A stretch of 49,596 nucleotides of DNA from Patescibacteria group bacterium (GTDB taxonomy: Bacteria > Patescibacteriota > Minisyncoccia > Minisyncoccales > JAHCRE01): assembly GCA_020148055.1 (NCBI GenBank), contig JAHCRF010000004.1, positions 1-49,596 on the forward strand, given 5' to 3'. The notes under the pieces are model-generated. The model made no database searches, was not told the origin of the DNA, and saw only the letters and a list, made by a program, of their open reading frames with translations. The position numbers and the translations under genes were made by a program. Below, piece after piece: positions 38,051 through 47,522 of the stretch (its first letter is position 1; each line of letters begins with the position of its first letter).

Positions 38051-38981
38051 TGTAGGGTCACTCACTTGTAAATTTGTCTTAATCAATGAAAAAAATGAAA
38101 TAACTTTCTCCAGCTATTTTCGTACTGAAGGAAATCCAATTCAATCTGTTCAGAAAGGATTGAGAGAACTAAAGAGCCAAATTTCTAAAAATACTGAGAT
38201 TATGGGGGTAGGAACAACTGGATCGGCCAGATATTTATCTGGAGTAATCACTGGAGCAGATTTAATAAAAAATGAAATCACAGCCCATGCTAAAGGGACT
38301 ACTTTCTTTATTCCCGATGTTAGAACAATAATAGAGATTGGAGGTCAAGATTCAAAAATCATAATCTTAGAAAATGGAGTAGCAGTCGATTTTGCCATGA
38401 ACTTATTGTGTGCAGCCGGAACAGGTTCCTTCCTTGATGCTCAGGCTTTTAGAATGGATATTCCAATAGAGAGATTCGGGGAGCTTGCCTTAAAATCAGA
38501 AAACCCAACAACGATTAGTAGTCGTTGTACAATTTTTGCTGAGTCGGACATGATTCATAAACAACAAGTTGGTCACAAGACTGAAGATATTGTAGCTGGC
38601 TTGTGTGAAGGCCTTGCTCGAAATTTCCTATCAAATGTTGCCAAAGGAAAAGATATAAAACCACCAATTGTTTTTCTGGGCGGAGTCTCTGAAAATGTAG
38701 GAATGAGGAAAGCATTTAAAGGTGCCTTAAATCAAAAAATTATTGTTCCACAATACAACACCGTAATGGGAGCATTTGGAGTAGCTCTTTTAGTTAAAAA
38801 ATTGGGTCTTCCAAAAAGTAAATTTTTTGGTTTTGAAATCTCTGATAAAGATATTAGATGTACTTCTTTTATATGTAAGGGTTGTCCGAATCAGTGTGAG
38901 GTGATTGAAGCCAGAATTGATGGAAAGGTAATTGCTCGCTGGGGAGACCGCTGCGGAAAATGGTCAAACCTCAATCCTTAA
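38028..38981 (+). CDS. Acyl-CoA dehydratase activase (HgdC/BadF/BcrAD ATPase)
   Basis: GIDVGS, IGGQDSK, CAAGTGSF, RCTIFAES, C-terminal CKGCPNQC. Confidence 0.9.
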   Translation: MKNYLGIDVGSLTCKFVLINEKNEITFSSYFRTEGNPIQSVQKGLRELKSQISKNTEIMGVGTTGSARYLSGVITGADLIKNEITAHAKGTTFFIPDVRTIIEIGGQDSKIIILENGVAVDFAMNLLCAAGTGSFLDAQAFRMDIPIERFGELALKSENPTTISSRCTIFAESDMIHKQQVGHKTEDIVAGLCEGLARNFLSNVAKGKDIKPPIVFLGGVSENVGMRKAFKGALNQKIIVPQYNTVMGAFGVALLVKKLGLPKSKFFGFEISDKDIRCTSFICKGCPNQCEVIEARIDGKVIARWGDRCGKWSNLNP

Positions 38982-38999
38982 TAATTTTTAAAAATAAGA

Positions 39000-39533
39000 A
39001 TGATAAGTTTCTTAGATATGTCTCTTTTAAAAATAATTAAAGAAAGAAGAAGCATTAGAAAATTTCAGCCAAAACCTATTCCAGAAGAAATTATTAATAA
39101 ATTAATTGAAGCTTTAATTTGGGCTCCTTCTGCTGGAAATTTACAGTCAAGGAAGTTTTATTTTGTTTTTGATGACGAGATAAAAGAAAAATTAGCTGTT
39201 GCAGCTTTTGGTCAAAGCTCTATTGCTCAAGCTCCTTTGGTTGTTATTGGTTGTGCAGATGATAAAATTAGCCAGCGATACGGAGAAAAAGGAAGAAAAC
39301 TTCATTCAATCTGTGATGTCTCAGCTTCTATCCAAAATATGATGCTTCTTATCCATGAACAAGGTCTTGGCAGCGTCTGGATCGGTGGCTTTGACAAAAG
39401 AGAGATAGTTAAAATTTTAAATTTACCAGAAAATTTACATCCTATCGCCATTGTTCCTGTTGGCTATCCGGCCGAGAAACCTTTGGCTCCACCAAGAGTT
39501 TCAAAAGACGAAGGAATTAAATTTTTAAAATGA
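39000..39533 (+). CDS. Nitroreductase family protein
   Basis: RRSIRKF, APSAGNLQ, GLGSVWIG, VGYP; start may be 39018. Confidence 0.9.
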   Translation: MISFLDMSLLKIIKERRSIRKFQPKPIPEEIINKLIEALIWAPSAGNLQSRKFYFVFDDEIKEKLAVAAFGQSSIAQAPLVVIGCADDKISQRYGEKGRKLHSICDVSASIQNMMLLIHEQGLGSVWIGGFDKREIVKILNLPENLHPIAIVPVGYPAEKPLAPPRVSKDEGIKFLK

Positions 39534-39892
39534 TAGAAGAATATCATTTTGGTTCAATCACAATTAATGGCAATACCTATAATTATGATGTTGAGGTTCG
39601 CTGGACAGATGAAGTTTTAAAGTGGTGGCGAAAAGAAAGCCATGTTATTGATGTTGAAGATATCCAGCGGGCAATAGAACAAAATCCTGAAGTAATCATT
39701 ATTGGAACGGGTGAATCAGGATTAGCAAAGGTTACTGAAGAGACTAAAAATTTTATAAAAGAAAAGGGGATTGAATTAATTATTGATAAAACCGAAGAGG
39801 CAGTAAAAACTTTTAATATAATTAAGGAAGGATCGATTGAGGAGGAGGGAAAACAGAAAAAAGTAATTGGCCTTTTTCATTTAACTTGTTAA
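39530..39892 (+). CDS. Mth938/AAMDC-like protein
   Basis: YHFGSITING, IIGTG.SG, FHLTC. Confidence 0.88.
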   Translation: MIEEYHFGSITINGNTYNYDVEVRWTDEVLKWWRKESHVIDVEDIQRAIEQNPEVIIIGTGESGLAKVTEETKNFIKEKGIELIIDKTEEAVKTFNIIKEGSIEEEGKQKKVIGLFHLTC

Positions 39893-39915
39893 ATTGTGAA
39901 TTTAGAAAGGAGAAC

Positions 39916-39967
39916 AGCCCACCCCCTCTGGGGTGGGCTTGATAATTTTTCTTTGGCCATTTATAAT
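39916..39967 (+). promoter_or_regulatory. 10-bp GC hairpin abutting a sigma70 promoter
   Basis: agcccacccc-ctct-ggggtgggct, then TTGATA-17-TATAAT. Confidence 0.55.
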
Positions 39968-39996
39968 TTAATAATTAATAATTAATTTTTAAAAAT

Positions 39997-41412
39997 ATGA
40001 AAAAACAACTTTTTTATTTTTTAATAATTTCTTTAATTTTATTAATTCCTGGTTTCATTTTGGCTGATGGTGGAATGATAATCTGGCCTCCCGAAATTCA
40101 TTTAGATCAGTCAGCTCAAAATGCAATTGTCGCCTGGAACGGAGAAGAGGAAATAATAATTCTCTCTAATGATGTAGAAAGTGATGCCGAAGCTATTGTT
40201 CTAAGAATTATCCCTCTACCTTCCAATCCTTCTGAAGTTAAAGAAGGAAGTTTTGATTCTTTTGAGAAATTAGTGGAGATAATGAATGAGAAAACAGAAG
40301 AAATGAGAAATCAATGGATGGCAGCGGGTAAAGATTTAGAAAAAGCACCAGCTGCTGGAGTAGAAATTACCTTTCATGAGAAAATCGGAGCTCATGATAT
40401 AACCATAGTTAAAGTAAATGACTTGGATTGCTTTTTAGATTGGATTAAAGATTTTGCAACTGAAAAAGGACTGGAAGTAAAGGAGATTTCTTCAGAATTC
40501 AAAGAAGGAGTTAAAAATTATTTAAAAAGGGATATAAAATATTTTGTTTTCGATGTAATTGATACTAAAGAAGGAAAAGAAAGCATAAACCCCTTGATTT
40601 ATCGGTTCGATTCTGATTCTCTGTATTATCCCCTAAAAATGACCGCTATTTCTGAAATAGGTTCTAGTCTCGGAAGAATTAATATGTTTTTGATTGCAAA
40701 AGAATTTGTTGGAGAAGACTTCAGATATTTATATCCAGTTGAGCTTACCAAAGAAGAATTAAAAGAAGTAAGCGAAGAGATAGCTTCTTTATTTGAATCA
40801 AATGTAAAAGCAGTAAAATTTGATTATTCTGGAAGATTAACTGAATTTAATAAAGACTTCATTTTACTCCCTGTCGATTTATGGACAAGGAATCTAAATT
40901 TAGGAAATTCAGGAAAGGATGTAAAAACTCTCCAAAAAGTACTTATTAATACGGAATTATGGGAATCAGAAGTTGAAGCTACCGGTTTCTTCGGACCAAT
41001 TACTCAGGAAGCTTTGATAAAATTTCAAGAGGAAAATGATTATTATATTTTAAGACCCTTAGGATTAGAAAATGGAACCGGATATTTTGGCGAAAAAACT
41101 AGAGAATTTTTCGAAAAGCTTTCAGTAAAAACAGAGGAAGAAATAATTGTAAAATGGACCCGTAATCTATTTTCAGGAACAGAAGGTGATGATGTAAAAG
41201 CTCTCCAAGAGTTATTAATCCAAGAAGGAGTATGGGAGAGACCAGATATTGAAGCCACAGGATATTTTGGGCCAATTACTAAAGAAGCAGTAATTAAATT
41301 TCAAGAAAAATATTCTGAAGAAATTCTCGAGCCTCTTGAATTGGAAAAAGGAACCGGTTTTGTTGGTCCCTCTACCAGAGCTTATTTGGAAAAATTCAGT
41401 GAGTCCTTCTAA
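39997..41412 (+). CDS. Secreted DUF2330-like protein with two peptidoglycan-binding domains
   Basis: Signal peptide (..LADGG), two repeats of G.DVK.LQ..L...TG.FGPIT..A.IKFQ. Confidence 0.75.
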   Translation: MKKQLFYFLIISLILLIPGFILADGGMIIWPPEIHLDQSAQNAIVAWNGEEEIIILSNDVESDAEAIVLRIIPLPSNPSEVKEGSFDSFEKLVEIMNEKTEEMRNQWMAAGKDLEKAPAAGVEITFHEKIGAHDITIVKVNDLDCFLDWIKDFATEKGLEVKEISSEFKEGVKNYLKRDIKYFVFDVIDTKEGKESINPLIYRFDSDSLYYPLKMTAISEIGSSLGRINMFLIAKEFVGEDFRYLYPVELTKEELKEVSEEIASLFESNVKAVKFDYSGRLTEFNKDFILLPVDLWTRNLNLGNSGKDVKTLQKVLINTELWESEVEATGFFGPITQEALIKFQEENDYYILRPLGLENGTGYFGEKTREFFEKLSVKTEEEIIVKWTRNLFSGTEGDDVKALQELLIQEGVWERPDIEATGYFGPITKEAVIKFQEKYSEEILEPLELEKGTGFVGPSTRAYLEKFSESF

Positions 41413-41492
41413 AAAATTGAGAGAAGGTTCTCAATATCAATATACTTTACAAAAAGTCCGACTTAAAGCGGGCTTTTTGTTATAATAGAATA

Positions 41493-42395
41493 ATGCTTCC
41501 TAGCTATTTAAATCTTCCAAAAAAAGAATTGAAATCAAGAATTGAAAAACTTTTTAAGATTTTAGAAAATTGTGAAATCTGTCCAAGAAAATGCCATGTG
41601 AACAGGTTAAAAAGAAAAGAAGGATTTTGTAAATTAGGTTTCCTGCCAATGATTTCAGCTTCCCATCCCCATTTTGGCGAAGAATCAGTTTTGGTCGGAG
41701 AACATGGTTCTGGAACTATCTTCTTTACTTCCTGTAATTTAGCCTGTGTTTATTGCCAAAATTATGAGATCTCTCAATTAAGAATAGGAAAAGAAATTTC
41801 CTTTGAAAAATTGGCTGAAATAATGATTAGTCTTCAAAATAGAGGTTGCCACAATATTAATTTAGTTACTCCTAGTCCCCAGGTTCCTCAAATTATGAGG
41901 GCTCTCTTGATTGCCATAGATCAGGGTTTAAAATTACCTTTAGTTTACAATACCAGTGCCTATGACTCAGTTGAAACCCTAAAATTACTTGATGGAATTA
42001 TTGATATCTATATGCCTGATACCAAATACAGTGATGATAACATTTCCTTAAGATATTCTAATGCCCCAAATTATTTTAAAATTATGAAATCAGCTATTAA
42101 AGAAATGCACAGACAGGTCGAAGATTTAATTATCGATAAAGAAGGTATAGCTACTCGGGGTTTGCTAATCAGACATTTGGTTTTACCCAATAATTTAGCT
42201 GGTTCTGAAAAAATTTTTGAATTTTTGGCAAAAGAAATTGGACCTGATACTTTTTTGAATATTATGAATCAATATCATCCTCATTTTAAGGCTTTTGAAT
42301 TCCCTGAACTTTCTCGGAGAATCACAACTGAAGAACATCGGAAAACAATCAAATTAGCTAAAAAAGTCGGTCTAAAACGGCTTCATCGAGAATAG
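41493..42395 (+). CDS. PflX-like radical SAM protein
   Basis: CEICPRKC, CNLACVYC, HNINLVTP, RHLVLP. Confidence 0.88.
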   Translation: MLPSYLNLPKKELKSRIEKLFKILENCEICPRKCHVNRLKRKEGFCKLGFLPMISASHPHFGEESVLVGEHGSGTIFFTSCNLACVYCQNYEISQLRIGKEISFEKLAEIMISLQNRGCHNINLVTPSPQVPQIMRALLIAIDQGLKLPLVYNTSAYDSVETLKLLDGIIDIYMPDTKYSDDNISLRYSNAPNYFKIMKSAIKEMHRQVEDLIIDKEGIATRGLLIRHLVLPNNLAGSEKIFEFLAKEIGPDTFLNIMNQYHPHFKAFEFPELSRRITTEEHRKTIKLAKKVGLKRLHRE

Positions 42396-42401
42396 TTTAA
42401 A

Positions 42402-43433
42402 ATGATAAACCTAAAGACTAAAAACCTATTTTCTCTTTTTTTATTAGTAGGATTATTATTTTTAGTAATTTTATTTTCTATTTATGTTTATATTATTAAC
42501 AAAGAAATCAGTTCTCTTTACCTAACAGCAATTATTGGCAGGCCTTTGATTCAGAAAGAAGAAACTTCATTACCAAAACCAATAACTCTAATGTTTGTCG
42601 GAGACATCATGCTTAATCGAGGAGTAGAATTGATGGTTCAAAAATATGGTAATAGTGATTGGAAATGGCCATTCTCGAAAATTGAAGGTTATTTGCAACA
42701 AGCTGATATTTTATTTGGAAATTCAGAAGGACCAATTTCTGATAAGGGAATAAAGGTTGGTAGTATCTATTCATTCCGAGCAAATCCAAAAGCCATCGAA
42801 GGTTTGACCTATGCCGGTTTTGACATTCTCTCAGTTGCCAATAACCATATCTTTGATTATGGCCGAGAAGCAATGGAAGATAATTTTTTGAGATTAAAAG
42901 GAGCCGGGATAGATTATGTTGGCGGTGGATTTAATGAAATCGAAGCTCGTTCTCCTATAATAAAAGAAATCAACGGCACAAAAATCGCTTTTTTAGCCTA
43001 CACTAATTTGGGTTCAGAATATTGGTCAGCTAAAGAAAATCAATCAGGAATCGCCTGGTTAGATGATAAAATTGTAAGGGATATCAAAATGACAAAAGAA
43101 AAAGCCGATATAGTAATAGTTTCAATGCATTTTGGTGAAGAATACCAGTCGCAAGCAAGTTCAGAGCAGAAATATTTTGCCCACCTTGCTATTGATTCTG
43201 GAGCCCATTTAGTAGTAGGTCATCATTCCCATGTTGTCCAAAAAGTTGAAAGATATAAAGACGGTCTCATTGCTTATTCCCTCGGAAATTTTATTTTTGA
43301 CCAAGGATTTTCTGAAAAAACCATGGAAGGACTTTTATTAAAAGTGATCATCAAAGATAATAAAATAAAAGAACTAATCCCAATTGAAATCAAGATTAAC
43401 AAATTCTTCCAGCCAGAGATTACAAATGAATGA
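42402..43433 (+). CDS. CapA family metallophosphoesterase
   Basis: GDIML, ANNH..DYG, H.GEE, GHHSH, YSLGNF; N-terminal TM. Confidence 0.88.
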   Translation: MINLKTKNLFSLFLLVGLLFLVILFSIYVYIINKEISSLYLTAIIGRPLIQKEETSLPKPITLMFVGDIMLNRGVELMVQKYGNSDWKWPFSKIEGYLQQADILFGNSEGPISDKGIKVGSIYSFRANPKAIEGLTYAGFDILSVANNHIFDYGREAMEDNFLRLKGAGIDYVGGGFNEIEARSPIIKEINGTKIAFLAYTNLGSEYWSAKENQSGIAWLDDKIVRDIKMTKEKADIVIVSMHFGEEYQSQASSEQKYFAHLAIDSGAHLVVGHHSHVVQKVERYKDGLIAYSLGNFIFDQGFSEKTMEGLLLKVIIKDNKIKELIPIEIKINKFFQPEITNE

Positions 43434-43480
43434 TCTCTAATAGCCAAATGCTTTCTACTTTTCGGTTTTTAAAGTAAGAA

Positions 43481-44005
43481 ATGAAAATAAAAAATATTTT
43501 TATTACTGGAAAGCCGGGCTGTGGGAAAACTAGTTTGATAATGGAAATTTTAAAAGAACTCGATTTTAATGCCGGTGGGTTTTATACAAAAGAAATTAGA
43601 GAAAGCGGGATAAGAAAAGGGTTTAAAATAACTAATCTAAATGGCAAAGAAGGAATTTTAGCCCATGTAAATATTAAAAGTCCTTACAAAGTTTCGAAAT
43701 ACAAAGTAAATACAAAAGATTTGGAAGAAATTGGAGTAAAATCAATTCTCAACGCTTTAAAAGAAAATAAAATAATCCTAATTGATGAAGTGGGAAAAAT
43801 GGAAATGATGTCTGAGAAGTTTAAAAAGACAGTTAGAACTGCTTTAAATAGTAAAAATAAAGTTTTGGGAACAATAAAAATGACGCCTGATCCCTTTACA
43901 AATAAGATTAAGGGCAGAGATGATGCAAAAATTTTTTATTTAACTAGAGAGAACCGAGAAAAAATTAAAAAAGAAATAATCAGGTTATTGAGTCCAACTA
44001 ATTAA
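43481..44005 (+). CDS. THEP1/NTPCR-type nucleoside-triphosphatase
   Basis: TGKPGCGKTS, GGFYTKEIR, IDEVGKME. Confidence 0.88.
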   Translation: MKIKNIFITGKPGCGKTSLIMEILKELDFNAGGFYTKEIRESGIRKGFKITNLNGKEGILAHVNIKSPYKVSKYKVNTKDLEEIGVKSILNALKENKIILIDEVGKMEMMSEKFKKTVRTALNSKNKVLGTIKMTPDPFTNKIKGRDDAKIFYLTRENREKIKKEIIRLLSPTN

Positions 44006-45025
44006 AGTTTCTTTCATTTTAAATTTTCCTTCAATAAATTTCTTGATGACCCAAATGTTTGTTTTGCAATGATTTGTGATTTCAGAAACGAAAACTTCAC
44101 TTTTGCCTTTAGTTAAAGCTAAAAAAGGTAAAATTTGATCAGCTAAATGTTTATCTAAACAGGCTTGAGTTTTTTGTTCCCTTAATAATTTTAAAGCTGC
44201 TTCTTTTCCGACATCTTCAGCCCTTTTTCCTAATTTTCCTAGATTATCAGTGCCAATGATTGTATTTTCAAATTCAGCTATCAGACAAATCTGGCTTCCC
44301 GGACATTGAGTTTGATAATATTCGATTCTCTCTTCAACTGGTAATTTTAACTTTCCTAAAACTTCTCTAACTCCAGCGATTTGCCTTCCAGCTACTTTTT
44401 TATTTTTTAAAAATTCTGAAGCTCCAGAAATTATCAAAATTTTTTGAAGATTACCTCTTTCTAAAAGATTGAGGTTTTTTAGTTTGGATGGACATATCTT
44501 CACCTCAACGTTTGCCCCACCTTCTGGATAATAACCTCTCTTAATTATATCAATCTCAATAGAGCGAGAAATGTTCTCGCTCTGAATCGGGATCATTTTT
44601 CCTAAAATTTTTAGAAAAACATAACGAAAATAGTCAATAGTTGGAGAGAAAAAAGTATCGGTAGCCCCGCCATTGAAAACAATCTTTATTGGTTCTGGGG
44701 CAAAAAGGGCCGGTATTATTAAGGTCTGTAAAACTAAAGTAATGCTTCCAGCGGTTTCAATTTTGATATGGAGATCCTTAGCTTTAATTTCTTCTGGCCA
44801 AAATTTAATTTCTTCTGAACCCAAAAAATCTCCTTCCAATCTTCCGTTGCAAAGCTTAGCTAGAGCCTGAATTCCCAAAAGATGTTGAGGCATTAAACCC
44901 GGCTTTGATCTTTTTTTCCGAATATTGAAAATAAAACAAGGTTTTTTAGTGACTGCCGAAAGTGCCGAAGCCACTCGAAGTATCCCCCCACCGCCCTCAA
45001 ATTTTGAACCGTCAATTTCAATCAT
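43985..45025 (-). CDS. rtcA: RNA 3'-terminal phosphate cyclase
   Basis: IDGS..EGGG.ILR, PGL..QH, RGYYPEGG, HLADQ. Confidence 0.92.
   Translation of the reverse strand: MIEIDGSKFEGGGGILRVASALSAVTKKPCFIFNIRKKRSKPGLMPQHLLGIQALAKLCNGRLEGDFLGSEEIKFWPEEIKAKDLHIKIETAGSITLVLQTLIIPALFAPEPIKIVFNGGATDTFFSPTIDYFRYVFLKILGKMIPIQSENISRSIEIDIIKRGYYPEGGANVEVKICPSKLKNLNLLERGNLQKILIISGASEFLKNKKVAGRQIAGVREVLGKLKLPVEERIEYYQTQCPGSQICLIAEFENTIIGTDNLGKLGKRAEDVGKEAALKLLREQKTQACLDKHLADQILPFLALTKGKSEVFVSEITNHCKTNIWVIKKFIEGKFKMKETLISWTQ
44561..44593. repeat. In-frame hairpin insert in rtcA
   Basis: Perfect agagcgagaa-atg-ttctcgctct followed by gaatcgggat; encodes IPIQSENISRS. Confidence 0.65.
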
Positions 45026-45890
45026 ATTTCTGAAGAGTATTTAAAATTAGATCAGTTATATCTATATTTGATTCTTTTTGATTTATCGTATTTGTTAAAT
45101 AAAGTTTAGAATATTTTTTCTTTATTTTTGAGATACCAATAGGTAAAACTCCATGAGTAATCAAAGCAATGACTTTTTTAGCTCCAGATTTTTTGGCAAT
45201 TTCATAAAATTTCAAAAGAGTTCCCCCTGTTTTAATCATATCATCAACTACTCCAATTACTTTTCCTTTTAAATTTATTTTTGGAGAAATTATTTTTACT
45301 CGATAAGAATCTATCCTTTCTTTTTTCATTCCTGAAATTTTAATCCGTCTTCTTTCTCCAAAATCTGGCGATAAAAACAAAATATTCTCGCCAAAATCCT
45401 TTTTAACTTCTTCAATCAAAATCGATGCAGCTGAGATATTGATAATTGGATACTTTTTAACCCATTTTCTTCCCCAAAAATGAGCATCAACTGAATAAAT
45501 TTTTTTAACTTTATAATAATTTATTAATTTCTCAATTAAATTTTCGGCAACATTAGTTTCTCCTTTCTCAAAAACTTTGTCTTGCATCCCGTAGGGAAAA
45601 TAACTAAAGAAAATCCCGGGTTTTACATTATTGTCTCTCAAAATTTGTAAAATCAATTCTAACTCTGTTAATCCTTCGTTTGGCTTTGGCGCTCCTGAAT
45701 GTAAAATTATAACTCTCTTTCCTCGTAATCTATTTACATTCAGAATTCGCATATAAATCTCTCCGTCCGGGAAATATCTTTTTCTATCTTTGTTTAGCTC
45801 AGGGAAAATAACTTTAAAAACTTTTGTTTTTGCTGAGATCTTTTTTCCTAAATGCTCGGCTTGAGATGTCGGGATAATAAAAGTTCTCAT
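45018..45890 (-). CDS. prs: Ribose-phosphate pyrophosphokinase (divergent)
   Basis: FPDGE, PYGMQDK, SPD.G, VDDMIKTGGTL, THG. Confidence 0.85.
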   Translation of the reverse strand: MRTFIIPTSQAEHLGKKISAKTKVFKVIFPELNKDRKRYFPDGEIYMRILNVNRLRGKRVIILHSGAPKPNEGLTELELILQILRDNNVKPGIFFSYFPYGMQDKVFEKGETNVAENLIEKLINYYKVKKIYSVDAHFWGRKWVKKYPIINISAASILIEEVKKDFGENILFLSPDFGERRRIKISGMKKERIDSYRVKIISPKINLKGKVIGVVDDMIKTGGTLLKFYEIAKKSGAKKVIALITHGVLPIGISKIKKKYSKLYLTNTINQKESNIDITDLILNTLQKYD

Positions 45891-45896
45891 ATTAAT

Positions 45897-47042
45897 TTAT
45901 TTTAAATAATAAAATATCTGAGAGATCGCTCCAAGAATAAAAATTACCATTAAAAAATAGATCAAAAATGAGGGAACTTTTAAACTATATTCAGGTTCTC
46001 TATCGCCAAGTTTTTTAATTTTAGCAAAAATTAATAAAATCACTATTCCTTCAATCATCCCCAAAATTGTACCAACAAAGCCAATCACTCCGATAAAACT
46101 CCGAAAACCAATAAAAAATAAAATCAGGGGCAGACCAGAAGAAATAGAGAAAGCTAAAACCTTTGGAAAGTGATAATCATAGATTAGGGTATTGCTAAAA
46201 TAAAGACAGATTATTAAGAAAGAGTCGGCCAAAGTGATTGCTCCAAATAATGCTCCTAAAATAACAATTTTTTGACCCAAAAATGGAACTAAGCCCGAAA
46301 GGGCTTCAGAAGAAGTATTTTCACCACTTACCCCGACAACTGCCAAAGAAAAAAGAAGATATAAAATTATTACAATTGCGGATGCAGCAATAATTATTTT
46401 TTTAAAAGATTTTCTTTCTTCAGAAGTTCTCAAAACATCAGCTATTTCCGGTATAGCCACCAAGCCCATCAAAGAAAACATAATTACTCCGTAAGGTAAA
46501 AAAACATATTCTGGGTTAATCAGGTTAAAATTTTCTAAATTGATTTTTGGAAGTAAAAAACAAAAAACAACAAAAATAATAATAAAAAATGCCGAATTTG
46601 TGAAAATTTCAGCTGGGGCAATTAGTTTTATTCCCTTAAAAACAAGATAAGTTAAAATTACCCAAAAAAACAAACTAAAATGAGAAGGAGAAAGATTAAA
46701 AAGAGGAGAGAATATTATTTTCAAGAATTCTCCCCCAATAATAAGATAGGCCAAAAGGACACCGGTTATCCCCAAAATTGTTGAGATGGTAATTAAAATT
46801 TTTCCCCATTTTCCTAAATATCTCTGGGAATAGCCAATCAATCTATGTTTTCTTTTTGTCCGCAAGACAATTTCTCCAAAAAATAGATGTAAAAGTAAAA
46901 CCGCTCCACCTAAAATCAAAAAATACAAAAAGCCGGGAATGATCCCGCTTTTTGCAATAACATAGGGAATTCCAAAAATTCCCGCCCCAATGATTACTCC
47001 TATTAAAATAGCCAAGGCCGGAAAAAATTTCTTATCTCTCAT
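45897..47042 (-). CDS. Aromatic amino acid transport family permease
   Basis: G.IIGAGIFGIPY, multi-TM, LPYG. Confidence 0.82.
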   Translation of the reverse strand: MRDKKFFPALAILIGVIIGAGIFGIPYVIAKSGIIPGFLYFLILGGAVLLLHLFFGEIVLRTKRKHRLIGYSQRYLGKWGKILITISTILGITGVLLAYLIIGGEFLKIIFSPLFNLSPSHFSLFFWVILTYLVFKGIKLIAPAEIFTNSAFFIIIFVVFCFLLPKINLENFNLINPEYVFLPYGVIMFSLMGLVAIPEIADVLRTSEERKSFKKIIIAASAIVIILYLLFSLAVVGVSGENTSSEALSGLVPFLGQKIVILGALFGAITLADSFLIICLYFSNTLIYDYHFPKVLAFSISSGLPLILFFIGFRSFIGVIGFVGTILGMIEGIVILLIFAKIKKLGDREPEYSLKVPSFLIYFLMVIFILGAISQIFYYLK

Positions 47043-47500
47043 GAACTCTCAGGTCCTTTAGTTCTTAAAAATTTCTCTTCTAACAATCTAAAACCAGCTA
47101 AAATTAGAATAGTTAAAAAGCTCACAAAAATTGCTAGAAAATAAAATTTTGCTCCTATAGCTACTCCAATGGCTGCAGCTACCCAGAGGGCGGCGGCAGT
47201 AGTTAGACCCTCAATTCGAGCTTGCCGAAAAATAATTAAACCCGCACCCAAAAAACCAACTCCCAAGACTATCTGGCCAATTATCCTTGAGGGGTCAAAG
47301 GCTATTCCCGGTTTTCCTATTAAAAAATCAGAGGCTTTAAGAGCTATTGAGGTAAATGAAGTCGCACCCAAACAGACCAAAGCGAAAGTTCTTAAACCGG
47401 CTTCCTTTTTTATGAACTCTCTTTCCAATCCTACTAGTCCTCCTAAAATAATACTCAAAAATAATTGAAAAACAATTTCGAAATTGCAAAAGGTGCTCAT
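47039..47500 (-). CDS. MgtC/SapB family protein
   Basis: GLERE, AGLRT, GVGFLGAG, GLTTAA. Confidence 0.9.
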   Translation of the reverse strand: MSTFCNFEIVFQLFLSIILGGLVGLEREFIKKEAGLRTFALVCLGATSFTSIALKASDFLIGKPGIAFDPSRIIGQIVLGVGFLGAGLIIFRQARIEGLTTAAALWVAAAIGVAIGAKFYFLAIFVSFLTILILAGFRLLEEKFLRTKGPESS

Positions 47501-47522
47501 AAATCTTCGAGTTTTTTATTAA

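Noticed and set aside
39916-39939. Hairpin as an IS200/IS605 end
   Set aside because: No tnpA/tnpB and no partner end in the window; kept only as a hairpin next to a promoter.
40880-41390. Internal DNA similarity in the secreted protein gene
   Set aside because: Ordinary duplication of the peptidoglycan-binding domain.
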